Origin: an uncultured Acidobacteriaceae bacterium
GTDB lineage: Bacteria > Acidobacteriota > Terriglobia > Terriglobales > Acidobacteriaceae
Assembly (NCBI GenBank): GCA_963719615.1
Contig: CAVRCR010000009.1
Span: forward strand, 10,963-74,962
Length of the DNA: 64,000 nucleotides
Direction: 5' to 3'
In this document: positions 36,244-45,049 of the stretch, piece after piece
Numbering within the stretch: the first letter of the stretch is position 1
Layout: the number at the start of each line of letters is the position of its first letter
Position numbers and translations under genes: made by a program
The notes under the pieces: model-generated
The model's database searches: none
Told to the model about the DNA's origin: nothing
What the model saw: only the letters and a program-made list of their open reading frames with translations

Positions 36244-37035
36244 ATGAAGCGCATCGGACTCGCAATTCTTGTTCTCGGCCTCGTGGCCGCGCTGCCGGCC
36301 TGGGCAGATGAATGGTCGAAGACCTATAACCTCTCGGGCAAACCCGACCTGCGAATCGAGACGTCTGACGCCGATATCCGCGTCTCGACCTGGGACCAGA
36401 ACACGATCGAAGCCAAAGTCATCACCACCCGCTACAAGATCGGGGAAGGCGGCATCCGCATCGAGGAGCACCAGGACGGCGACCACGTCGATATCGAAGT
36501 GCGCTACCCACATCATAACTTCAACATCGAGTGGGGACAGCACAAGGTAGAAATCATCGTCCAGATGCCGCGCGAGGGTAGGGCCAACCTGCGCACCGGC
36601 GACGGCAAGATCGAAGTCAACGGTCTCAAAGGTGAGATGGATCTGCACACTGGCGACGGCGCGGTGACTCTCGAAGCCGTCGATGGCAAGCTGCACGCGA
36701 CAACTGGCGATGGGCACATTCGGGCCGGCGGGCGATTTGATGAACTCGACCTCAAGACCGGCGATGGCCATATCGAAGCCCGTGCCAATTCTGGATCTTC
36801 GCTCGCCGCGGGCTGGAGGCTCGAGACTGGAGACGGCAACGTCAGCCTGGAAGTCCCAGGTGACATGGCCGCCGACGTTGACCTGCATACCAGCGACGGC
36901 CACATTGATCTCGACATGCCGGTCACAACTGCCGGCAAGATTCGCGAGAACGAAGTCCGCGGGAAGCTGAACGGCGGGGGCAGCATGCTGAGCATTCGCA
37001 CCGGAGACGGTTCGATTCACCTGAGCAAGAGCTAG
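36244..37035 (+). CDS. DUF4097-family (putative adhesin, beta-helix) secreted protein
   Basis: Signal peptide, then seven (T/S)GDG(x)(I/V) rungs (LRTGDGKIEV, LHTGDGAVTL, TTGDGHIRA, LKTGDGHIEA, LETGDGNVSL, LHTSDGHIDL, IRTGDGSIHL). Confidence 0.8.
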   Translation: MKRIGLAILVLGLVAALPAWADEWSKTYNLSGKPDLRIETSDADIRVSTWDQNTIEAKVITTRYKIGEGGIRIEEHQDGDHVDIEVRYPHHNFNIEWGQHKVEIIVQMPREGRANLRTGDGKIEVNGLKGEMDLHTGDGAVTLEAVDGKLHATTGDGHIRAGGRFDELDLKTGDGHIEARANSGSSLAAGWRLETGDGNVSLEVPGDMAADVDLHTSDGHIDLDMPVTTAGKIRENEVRGKLNGGGSMLSIRTGDGSIHLSKS

Positions 37036-37157
37036 ATTTGGCGTTTTGCGGCGTCGGTCCCTCCGCAGTCCCTGACAAACGCATTGACCCAGAGGCTTAT
37101 ACTTTTGGGTCATCTTTAGGGTCCCAGGAATTCGATTACTCGTTCAAAGGGAGAATC

Positions 37158-39188
37158 ATGTCTATCGCACGCATCAGCTTCGTGGCCCTTGTGATGGTCC
37201 TTCTCCTCTCGCTCGCCTCCGCCCAACAGTCGAGCATCGAGAAACATGAACCTGCCCTCGACGTCACCTCGATGGATCGCAGCGTCGATCCTTGTGTCGA
37301 TTTTTTCGCGTATTCGTGTGGAGGCTGGATCAAGAACAATCCGATTCCGCCGGATCAAGCGTCGTGGGACGTGTATTCGAAAATGGGGGACGAGAATCGA
37401 GGCCGCCTGCGGGGGATCCTCGAAGCGGCGTCGGCGTCCGATGCAAGCCGCAATGCGGTCACGCAAAAGATTGGTGACTATTATGCTTCCTGCATGGACG
37501 AGAAGGCCGTCGACGCCAAAGGAGCGGAGCCGCTAAAGCCCCAAATGCAGCGGATTGCCGCGATCAGTTCCAAGGCGGAAATCGCCGACGTCGCCGCGGC
37601 CATGGCCGATGATAACGTTCTCTTCCGCTTTGATTCGACCCAGGATTTCCGGGATGCGAATCAAGTCATCGCCGAGGCTGATCAGGGTGGTCTTGGCCTG
37701 CCCGACCGCGATTACTACACCAAAGATGACGCGAAGTCGGTTGATCTGCGCAAGGCCTATCTGGCACACGTTCAGAAGATGTTCGAGCTTCTCGGCGACA
37801 AGCCTGACTCGGCGGCGGGCGAAGCGCAAACGGTCATGCGCATCGAAACTGCCTTGGCCAAAGGATCCATGACGCGCGTGGAGCGCCGCGATCCCAAGAA
37901 CCTCGACCACAAAATGGCCAGCGCCGAACTGGAAAAGATCAGCCCTAGCTTCCAGTGGCAGACTTATTTCACCAAGGTGGGACTGCCATCGCTGACTTCG
38001 CTTAACGTCGCCGCGCCCGCCTTTTTTAAGACGGTGAATGAAGTGCTCGAGAAAGAGAGCCTGCCCGACTGGAAGACCTATGCGCGCTGGCACCTGGTGC
38101 ATGCGTACGCCTCGCATCTTTCCGCGCCATTCTTGAATGAGAACTTCGCGTTCTACGGCAAGACACTACAGGGACAACAAGAGCTCAAGCCGCGCTGGAA
38201 GCGTTGCACGGAAGATGTAGACGGTTATCTCGGCGAGGCGCTGGGTCAGGCCTATGTCGACAAATATTTCCCTCCTCAGGCCAAGCAAGAGGCCCTCAAG
38301 ATTGTGAAGGAAATCCAAGCCGCAATGGAACAGGACATTGACGCTCTGTCCTGGATGTCGCCCGCGACGAAACAACAAGCACTGACCAAGCTGCACGGCA
38401 TGGCCAACAAGATCGGCTATCCCGACAAGTGGCGCGACTACAGCAAGCTCGAAATCGTACGTGGCGACGAGCTGGGTAACTTTGACCGCGCGCGGAGATT
38501 TGAATTCAACCGCGAACTCGCCAAGATCGGCAAACCCGTGGACCGCGGTGAGTGGGATATGACTCCGCCAACGGTGAATGCTTACTACAATCCACAGATG
38601 AACGACATCAACTTTCCTGCCGGCGTGCTGCAGCCTCCGGCATTCGATCCCACCTCCGATGCCGCGCCCAACTATGGCGACACCGGCGGTACCATCGGGC
38701 ACGAACTCACGCACGGATTCGACGATGAAGGCCGGCAGTTTGATGCCCAGGGCAACCTGCGCGACTGGTGGACTCCGGAGGACGAAAAAGAATTCGTGAA
38801 GCGCGCCAGCTGCATCTCCGATCAGTATTCGACTTACACGATCGTCGACGACATCAAAATCAACGGCAAGCTGACACTCGGCGAGGATGTCGCCGACTTG
38901 GGCGGCCTGCTCCTGGCCTACATGGCCTGGAAAGAAGATACAAAAGGCCAGAAGCTGGAGCCGCAGGAGGATCTGACGCCGGCGCAGCGCTTCTTTGTCG
39001 GCTACGGACAGAGCTGGTGCGGCCAGACCCGGGACGAGACCAAGCGCCTCCGCGCCACAGTCGACCCGCACTCTCCGGAAAAATACCGAACGAATGGCGT
39101 GGTCTCGAATATGCCGGAGTTTCAGGAAGCCTTCCACTGCAAGGCCGGTTCGGCGATGGTGAATCAGAACCGTTGCCGGGTTTGGTAG
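37158..39188 (+). CDS. M13-family zinc metallopeptidase (PepO / endothelin-converting-enzyme-like)
   Basis: ATG 37158 after AAAGGGAGA. Signal peptide, GGTIGHELTHGFDD (HEXXH), GEDVADLGG, ...CRVW C-terminus typical of M13. Confidence 0.9.
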   Translation: MSIARISFVALVMVLLLSLASAQQSSIEKHEPALDVTSMDRSVDPCVDFFAYSCGGWIKNNPIPPDQASWDVYSKMGDENRGRLRGILEAASASDASRNAVTQKIGDYYASCMDEKAVDAKGAEPLKPQMQRIAAISSKAEIADVAAAMADDNVLFRFDSTQDFRDANQVIAEADQGGLGLPDRDYYTKDDAKSVDLRKAYLAHVQKMFELLGDKPDSAAGEAQTVMRIETALAKGSMTRVERRDPKNLDHKMASAELEKISPSFQWQTYFTKVGLPSLTSLNVAAPAFFKTVNEVLEKESLPDWKTYARWHLVHAYASHLSAPFLNENFAFYGKTLQGQQELKPRWKRCTEDVDGYLGEALGQAYVDKYFPPQAKQEALKIVKEIQAAMEQDIDALSWMSPATKQQALTKLHGMANKIGYPDKWRDYSKLEIVRGDELGNFDRARRFEFNRELAKIGKPVDRGEWDMTPPTVNAYYNPQMNDINFPAGVLQPPAFDPTSDAAPNYGDTGGTIGHELTHGFDDEGRQFDAQGNLRDWWTPEDEKEFVKRASCISDQYSTYTIVDDIKINGKLTLGEDVADLGGLLLAYMAWKEDTKGQKLEPQEDLTPAQRFFVGYGQSWCGQTRDETKRLRATVDPHSPEKYRTNGVVSNMPEFQEAFHCKAGSAMVNQNRCRVW

Positions 39189-39317
39189 GAACGGCCTGGC
39201 AGGAGTCCTGTGTGGGACCGGGTCGGAGCCGGCCCTGAGCGAAGTCGAAGGGACCCGGTCATGCCGAGCAAAGATCGGCTGCCTCTGTGCGGCAGCTAGT
39301 CCACATGCTTCGGCAAC

Positions 39318-41093
39318 TTAAACTTCGAGACCGATGGACCGCATGAGTTCGAGGCCGTTACTCTTGGTGACCACGCCGTCGCGCAGCTTGTAGTCGAAGG
39401 TTATCTTTCCGTTTTCGAACTCGTCCTGGAAATGGACGTTGTGCAGGTGGCCGTCCGACCCGCCGATGTCGGTGAGCGCCAGGTCATGCGTGCTGACGAT
39501 CCCGATCGCTCCGCGATTCACCAGTACGCGAACAATTCCCTCTGCGCCGATGCGGCGATCTTTCGAATTTGTGCCCTGCAGAAGCTCATCCAGTAGAAAA
39601 AGCAATGGCGGACCGCCGCCGGCCAGGTCGAAGATCTGGCGCAGCCGCCTGATCTCGGCATAGAAACGGGAACTGCCTTCGCGCAGGGAGTCGTTGATGC
39701 GAATGCTGGCGCCCACCTGCAGCGGCGTCAGACGCAGGCGGCGAGCCCGGACCGGAGCACCGGCCATTCCCAGCACAACGTTCATCCCGACGGCGCGCAG
39801 CAACGTGCTCTTACCTGACATATTAGAGCCGCTGACCAGCAGAACCCGCGTCTCGCCGTTGATGCTCGGGTTGTTACGAACACAAGCTGCAGTCGGGACC
39901 AGCGGATGGCCCAGTTCCTCGGTGTCGAAAAACGCCGGCCCCTCGCAGAATTCGGGAAAGGGGTCGGCGGGATGTTCGAAGCTGTAGGTCGCCAGCGAAA
40001 GCAGCGCTTCCATCTCTCCGATGGCGGTGACCCACAACCGCAGAACCTTTCCGTGAGCCTGACGCCACCGGTCGGCCGCGAATGCCAGTTGCACGGAATA
40101 CATCAGCGGAGCGTCGATGATCCGCACAAAGGTGTTATGGCGCGAGTTGATCAGGTCCACCAGCGTCCTGAGCTCCGCGATCGCCTGGGAGCTTGGGACA
40201 TTGCTGGATGAAAGTTGGTCACGTAGCGTCTGCAGAAGAGGTGCCTGGAATTTGTTTCCTTCCAGTCGTGCCAGCACTCCGGAGAGCAGATCCAGGTCGT
40301 TGAACGCATGCTCGGCGCCGTGCAACACCTCCTCCAGCGCTGCTTTCAGCCTGTAGGTAAGCACGGCCTCGATCACGACGATGAGCACCAGGGGCGTTGC
40401 CATCCCCCAATAGCCCCACACTCCAACCGCCAAAATAGCCGACACGGCAAGCCAGGGCACCAGCGCTCGAATCCACAATGGCTTCATCTCATTGGGAGAT
40501 TCCGCCCAGGTCAGGAGCGCGTCGGGATGCACTCCTACGCCTACGTCTTCGCCAAGAACCGCGAGATCCTCACGCAGATCCAACTGGTCGCGCAGTTCGG
40601 AAACGGCGGCATGCCGCTCGCGGATACGCTCCAGCGGCGAGGGCGAAAGCAGCCAAGTTGCCAGCGTGTCTTCTCCCATACGGGTGCGCGCCGTCGACAG
40701 TAATTGAAACAAGCTGGCTTTGCCGAACAAATCGAGATCGGAGGCGTACACGTGATGAGGGTCGTCGAAGCGCTCGCCGGTTTCGCCTACGTCGGCCCAA
40801 TGGTCTTCGATGCGCGCCAGTCCGTTCTTATAGAATGCGGTGGCACGCTCGGCCAGTTCGCGGGCCCGGAGAATTCGCGAATGATAAGCCGCGATGCCGA
40901 CGAATGCCGCTACCGGCGCGGCGAGCCACCATGGGGAAAGGTAATGTCCTCGGAACGAGGCCCATGCCACGACCACCATGAGAAAGGCCAGAACCAGCCG
41001 GAAGTTTCCGAGGCGTACATGAGTTCTTTCGTAGTGCGCAACTCGAGACTCGCGGGACTTCAGGCGCTGAACGTATTCTTCCGAGGGCGACAC
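39318..41093 (-). CDS. MutS-related ATPase (MutS domain V only) with N-terminal transmembrane region
   Basis: TM helices (FRLVLAFLMVVVAWASF; WWLAAPVAAFVGIAAY; a pair around 200-240). Walker A VSGSNMSGKSTLLRAVG, FLLDELLQGTNSKDR (MutS DE..GT box), STHD. No mismatch-binding or Smr domain recognisable. Confidence 0.75.
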   Translation of the reverse strand: MSPSEEYVQRLKSRESRVAHYERTHVRLGNFRLVLAFLMVVVAWASFRGHYLSPWWLAAPVAAFVGIAAYHSRILRARELAERATAFYKNGLARIEDHWADVGETGERFDDPHHVYASDLDLFGKASLFQLLSTARTRMGEDTLATWLLSPSPLERIRERHAAVSELRDQLDLREDLAVLGEDVGVGVHPDALLTWAESPNEMKPLWIRALVPWLAVSAILAVGVWGYWGMATPLVLIVVIEAVLTYRLKAALEEVLHGAEHAFNDLDLLSGVLARLEGNKFQAPLLQTLRDQLSSSNVPSSQAIAELRTLVDLINSRHNTFVRIIDAPLMYSVQLAFAADRWRQAHGKVLRLWVTAIGEMEALLSLATYSFEHPADPFPEFCEGPAFFDTEELGHPLVPTAACVRNNPSINGETRVLLVSGSNMSGKSTLLRAVGMNVVLGMAGAPVRARRLRLTPLQVGASIRINDSLREGSSRFYAEIRRLRQIFDLAGGGPPLLFLLDELLQGTNSKDRRIGAEGIVRVLVNRGAIGIVSTHDLALTDIGGSDGHLHNVHFQDEFENGKITFDYKLRDGVVTKSNGLELMRSIGLEV

Positions 41094-41211
41094 TGGCTCA
41101 AAATGTAGCAGGTGGGGCCAGCGCGAGGAAGCGATCTATCTAGGCGGAAGTGGTGAGTCAGCTCTTTCGACAGGCGTCATCTCGAACTCGGCGCAATTCA
41201 GGCGAGGAGAT

Positions 41212-41274
41212 CCCTTCGACTTCGCTCAGGGCAGGCTCTTCCCTCCGCCTGAAAAAGGCTCCGCTCAGGATGAC
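41212..41274. repeat. composite dispersed repeat (CCCTTCGACTTCGCTCAGGGCAGGC box + GCTCCGCTCAGGATGAC box)
   Basis: The 5' box is shared with 15267, 5536 and 61600 (reverse), and in weaker, degraded form (CTTCGACTTCGCTCAGGGCCGGC) on the reverse strand at about 39233-39262. The 3' box is shared with 21380-21398 and the termini of 30788-30885. Confidence 0.75.
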
Positions 41275-41285
41275 GCCTGTACCAC

Positions 41286-42074
41286 CTATTCGCCGGCCGG
41301 CGCAGCTTCGCCGAACAGAATCATCCGCATTGAAATGCTGCCGAAGTCGAATCCTTCGTACGGATAAGACACCGCGTCGCGCCCATCGGTGCTGCCCATG
41401 CAGTAGAGCAACGGCAGGTAGTGTTCTTTGGTGGGATGCGCCGTCGTCAGCAGGGCGTCGCCCCACTTCTGCGGTTCGGCGAGCGACTTCGCGTCGTGGG
41501 CATCGACTGCGTTCTTCACTCGGGCATCGAATTCCACCGCCCAGTCGTACGCCCCAGAAGGGTTGTTCCAATCGATGCGGCGAAGATTGTGCACGATATT
41601 GCCGCTGCCCAGGATGAGGACCCCGCGCTCGCGGAGAGATTGAATCTCGCGCCCAAGTCCCAGGTGCCCTTTGAAATCGCGGCGCTCATCCAGGCTTAAT
41701 TGAAACGCAGGCACATCGGCTTCCGGGTACATGTGCCGCAGGACGCTCCACGAGCCGTGATCCAGCCCCCATTTCTCGTCGGGCACGATCTCGGGATCGG
41801 CGGCAAGTCTGGCGGCTTCATCCGGCGCGCCCGGCGCGGGATACTGCACTTCGTAGAGCGGAGCCGGGAAGCCGTAGAAATCGTGGATCGTCCGCGGATG
41901 CGCCGACGCCATTACCTGCGAACCCTCCGTCACCCAGTGCGCCGAAACCACGCACACCGCCTTGGGCTTGGGCAATCGCGCGCGCAGCCCGGTCAGCGCT
42001 TCGGTAAATGCATTGTGTTCAATGGCGTTCATCGGTGATCCGTGACCGACGAACAAGACCGGCATTTTGTCCAA
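41286..42074 (-). CDS. 4,5-DOPA dioxygenase extradiol-like (LigB/YgiD family class III dioxygenase)
   Basis: MPVLFVGHGSPMNA, VVSAHW, ILGSGNIVHNL, HYLPLLY. Confidence 0.85.
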   Translation of the reverse strand: MDKMPVLFVGHGSPMNAIEHNAFTEALTGLRARLPKPKAVCVVSAHWVTEGSQVMASAHPRTIHDFYGFPAPLYEVQYPAPGAPDEAARLAADPEIVPDEKWGLDHGSWSVLRHMYPEADVPAFQLSLDERRDFKGHLGLGREIQSLRERGVLILGSGNIVHNLRRIDWNNPSGAYDWAVEFDARVKNAVDAHDAKSLAEPQKWGDALLTTAHPTKEHYLPLLYCMGSTDGRDAVSYPYEGFDFGSISMRMILFGEAAPAGE

Positions 42075-42196
42075 CCCAACCTCTTTTCAGCCGGAGTTAC
42101 GTAAAAGGCACACTCCGGATCTCACTACGCCGCATTGACTATTTGATTATTGCGCTGAGGGAAAAGACTCGAAGGAGGGAAGAATGGATGCTCGTG

Positions 42197-43306
42197 CTAC
42201 TCCAGATCAGCTTTGTCGGGGTTGTAGTAGAAACGAAAGCGAAGAGCGAGATACGGTCCGGTGAAATCGCCGGGCAGCGGAGGAAAAGGATTTGATGCAG
42301 TAATGCCGCCCCAAGCCGCACGATCGAGGGCTGTGTCCCCTGAGGTCGCAACTAAGCGCATGTCCGCGACCTTGCCATCCTTGGTGATGGCAAACTCAAT
42401 CCCGAGCTTTCCTTTCTTCATCTCGGCCGATTCGGGAATCAGGCGATACCAGTTGTCTTTCACGTCCTGCAGAATGCGCTGCAGGTACGGGCCAAAATCC
42501 ACGCCCTGCGTATCGCTCAGAATGTCGAGCGCCCCGAGTTGACGGCCATGCGCTCCAGTCCCCAGGCCGAAGTCGCCCTCCTGTCCCCCGCCGCCAGCTG
42601 AGCGATTGGCCGCCGCCCCCTGCATAGCTTGCTGGATGGCGGAGCCGGCGCTCATCGATCCCGCATACTTGCTGAAGGTGTCGTTGTTCTTGGGCCGCGC
42701 CGGCATTTGCAGTTGCGCCGTCTGATTGCTGTCGAACTGGGGACGAGGAGCAGCCGGCTGCCCCTGCTGCGGAGGCTGGTTCTGCGCCATGGCCTGCGGT
42801 GCGGCAGGCTGAGGTGCGCGCGGCCCGGTCATTCCAGGCGCGCCCGGAGGCGGCGTCGCCAGAATCTTCCGCAATTCCTTGGGATCCAATTCCGGACGCC
42901 GCGAGGTCGCGATCCGATCTTTATCAGAGATGATGTTAGTGTTGGGTTTGCGCGGCGCCTTCTGCAGGTCCGGTGGCAGCGCCAGGAAGGTGACGTTCTT
43001 GTCCTTGTTTGCGTCCAACGAAACTACAACCGCTCGGTGCCAGGGAATGTATTTCTCGATCAGATTCAAGTTCCACAGCGCGATGAAGATGAGCAGGTGA
43101 ACGATGATTGAGATCCACGCTGCCTCCCTCCGGCGGGACCGGGTCAGATCGTCCTGCAACTGGATCAGCAGGTGCGGCACGCGCGAATCGAGATCGCGAT
43201 ACGCTGTTTCCCAATCTTCCCGGTCGTAAAGGCCGAGCTGCTCCGGTTGCGGTTTTTCGGGCGGCGGGGCTACCGGATCCTGGAATGGAATTTGCGTAAT
43301 CGGCAT
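42197..43306 (-). CDS. TonB-family energy transducer
   Basis: N-terminal anchor (AAWISIIVHLLIFIALW), long Pro/Gln-rich linker, and C-terminal TonB_C fold (GKLGIEFAITKDGKVADMRLVATSGDTALDRAAWGGITASNPFPPLP). Confidence 0.78.
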   Translation of the reverse strand: MPITQIPFQDPVAPPPEKPQPEQLGLYDREDWETAYRDLDSRVPHLLIQLQDDLTRSRRREAAWISIIVHLLIFIALWNLNLIEKYIPWHRAVVVSLDANKDKNVTFLALPPDLQKAPRKPNTNIISDKDRIATSRRPELDPKELRKILATPPPGAPGMTGPRAPQPAAPQAMAQNQPPQQGQPAAPRPQFDSNQTAQLQMPARPKNNDTFSKYAGSMSAGSAIQQAMQGAAANRSAGGGGQEGDFGLGTGAHGRQLGALDILSDTQGVDFGPYLQRILQDVKDNWYRLIPESAEMKKGKLGIEFAITKDGKVADMRLVATSGDTALDRAAWGGITASNPFPPLPGDFTGPYLALRFRFYYNPDKADLE

Positions 43307-43474
43307 GCGCTGGGCTTAACCGTATTAACCCTTGGCCATTAGACACGAATCGTCCCCACCGCGTTGCATTTGGCCTTCCTGAAGAAAAGCAACGTGCGCG
43401 GACGGACTACAACCAAGTTATCTTCATTTTCGCATCTTTCATGCCGTTCTGCTCACCCGGAATGCAGGCGCGGG

Positions 43475-44566
43475 TTACTTCTGTAAACATATGTAAATGT
43501 GAAATTTAGAGGAATCAATTCTTGACTTTCGCCATGCCCGCGAGGTCAAGTTTTTTTCATGATCGCGGATGGCGGAGACGATCTCAAGAGCCAAGGCCAG
43601 CGCCCGGTGACCATCTTCCAAGGGAACAACCGGCGTCGATCGTTCCCGCACGGCGTGGAGGAAGGACTTAAGCTCGGCATGCAGCGGTTCTTCGGACGCA
43701 ACCGGCGGCTTGGCAACGCCGATCTGAGGATTCACCGATGGTGTGCCAGTGGCGCCTTCCTGTCCGACAGTGAAGACCAGCACTTCCTGCCGTCCATAGT
43801 CGAGCGACACATACTGCCGCGGCTGGAAGAAGCGCAGCTTGCGCACGCGCTCGGTGGAAACGCGGCTGGCTGTGAAGTTCGCGATGCAGCCCGATTCCAG
43901 TTCCAGCCGGACGTTTGCAATATCCACCTTTCCGGACAGAATCGGCAGGCCGACGGCGCGGACTTCCTTCACCGCCGACTTGGCAAACGCCAACACAATA
44001 TCGAGATCGTGGATCATCAGGTCCAGCACTACGTCGACGTCGAGCGACCGCGGGGTAAACACGCTGAGCCGGTGCACTTCAAAAAACATGGGCTGGGTCA
44101 GGATGGGAACCGTGGCCCGCACTGCGGGATTGAAGCGCTCGAGATGTCCCACCTGGGCAATTCGTTTGTGCTTGCTCGCGAGCCCGACCAGTTCCTCCGC
44201 CTCGGCGAGCGTGGCCGCCAGCGGCTTTTCGATGAGCACGTCGACGCCGGCCTTCATAAGCTCGCGGGCCACCGCCAGATGATGCATTGTGGGGGCCGCT
44301 ACGGACGCGGCTTGCACTTCGCTGCGCGTGGTCAGCATCTGCTCGACCGAGCCGAACGCCTTGCAGCCGAACTCGCGAGCTACGGTGTCTGCGCGGTTCA
44401 CATCGGGGTCCACCACCCCCAGCAGGCGGACGGCTTCCCCTTGGTGTTCCAGTTCCTTGTAGACTCGGGCATGATTGCGCCCGAAAACGCCCACGCCCAC
44501 GACGGCGACAGAGATCGGATCTTGAACTGGCAGCAGAAATTCTCGATGGCCGGTTGCCGGAAACAA
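43475..44566 (-). CDS. Gfo/Idh/MocA-family NAD-dependent oxidoreductase
   Basis: ISVAVVGVGVFGRNHARVY (Rossmann), DVLIEKPLA, QVGHLERFNP. Confidence 0.85.
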   Translation of the reverse strand: MFPATGHREFLLPVQDPISVAVVGVGVFGRNHARVYKELEHQGEAVRLLGVVDPDVNRADTVAREFGCKAFGSVEQMLTTRSEVQAASVAAPTMHHLAVARELMKAGVDVLIEKPLAATLAEAEELVGLASKHKRIAQVGHLERFNPAVRATVPILTQPMFFEVHRLSVFTPRSLDVDVVLDLMIHDLDIVLAFAKSAVKEVRAVGLPILSGKVDIANVRLELESGCIANFTASRVSTERVRKLRFFQPRQYVSLDYGRQEVLVFTVGQEGATGTPSVNPQIGVAKPPVASEEPLHAELKSFLHAVRERSTPVVPLEDGHRALALALEIVSAIRDHEKNLTSRAWRKSRIDSSKFHIYICLQK

Positions 44567-44631
44567 ATTGTAAACGTAAACCGGCCAAAGAGCATCTCGA
44601 CCAACGAAGTGAGAAAGGATTGCTCTGGCCT

Positions 44632-44961
44632 ATGAGGACGATCGCATTACTGACGATCTCAAACATATTCATGACCTTGGCCTGGTACGGACACTTGAAG
44701 TATCGCGAAGTACCGCTCTATAAGGTCGTAGTGGTCAGCTGGTTGATCGCCTTCTTTGAATACTGCTTTCAAGTGCCGGCGAACCGCATCGGATCCTATG
44801 AGTTCTCCGCGGCGCAACTCAAGACCATCCAGGAGGTGATAACTCTGACCGTCTTCGCCGCGTTTTCCGTCCTTTACCTGAGGCAACCGCTGCGCTGGAA
44901 CTACGTGGCGGGATTCGCGCTGATCGTCGCGGCCGTCGCTGTGATCTTCAAGAAATGGTGA
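44632..44961 (+). CDS. DMT-superfamily small membrane protein (DUF486)
   Basis: Start trimmed to MRTIALLTISNIFMTLAWYGHLKY...SWLIAFFEYCFQVPANRIG...QLKTIQEVITLTVF, a characteristic DUF486 sequence. Confidence 0.88.
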   Translation: MRTIALLTISNIFMTLAWYGHLKYREVPLYKVVVVSWLIAFFEYCFQVPANRIGSYEFSAAQLKTIQEVITLTVFAAFSVLYLRQPLRWNYVAGFALIVAAVAVIFKKW

Positions 44962-45006
44962 GTCACGAAGCGGGTGGCGCGCGGTCTCATTGATGCATTT
45001 GGGAAG

Positions 45007-45028
45007 GGCACGAGTTTCACTCGTGCCG
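45007..45028. repeat. GGCACG-type REP hairpin flanking the IS (left)
   Basis: GGGCACGAG-TTTC-ACTCGTGCC followed by GATTCAGG. Confidence 0.65.
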
Positions 45029-45049
45029 ATTCAGGCCAATCAAGAGACG

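Noticed and set aside
36244-37035. Apparent DNA tandem repeat in the DUF4097 gene
   Set aside because: The periodicity is at the protein level (TGDG beta-helix rungs). The nucleotide units are divergent and it is not a VNTR-like array.
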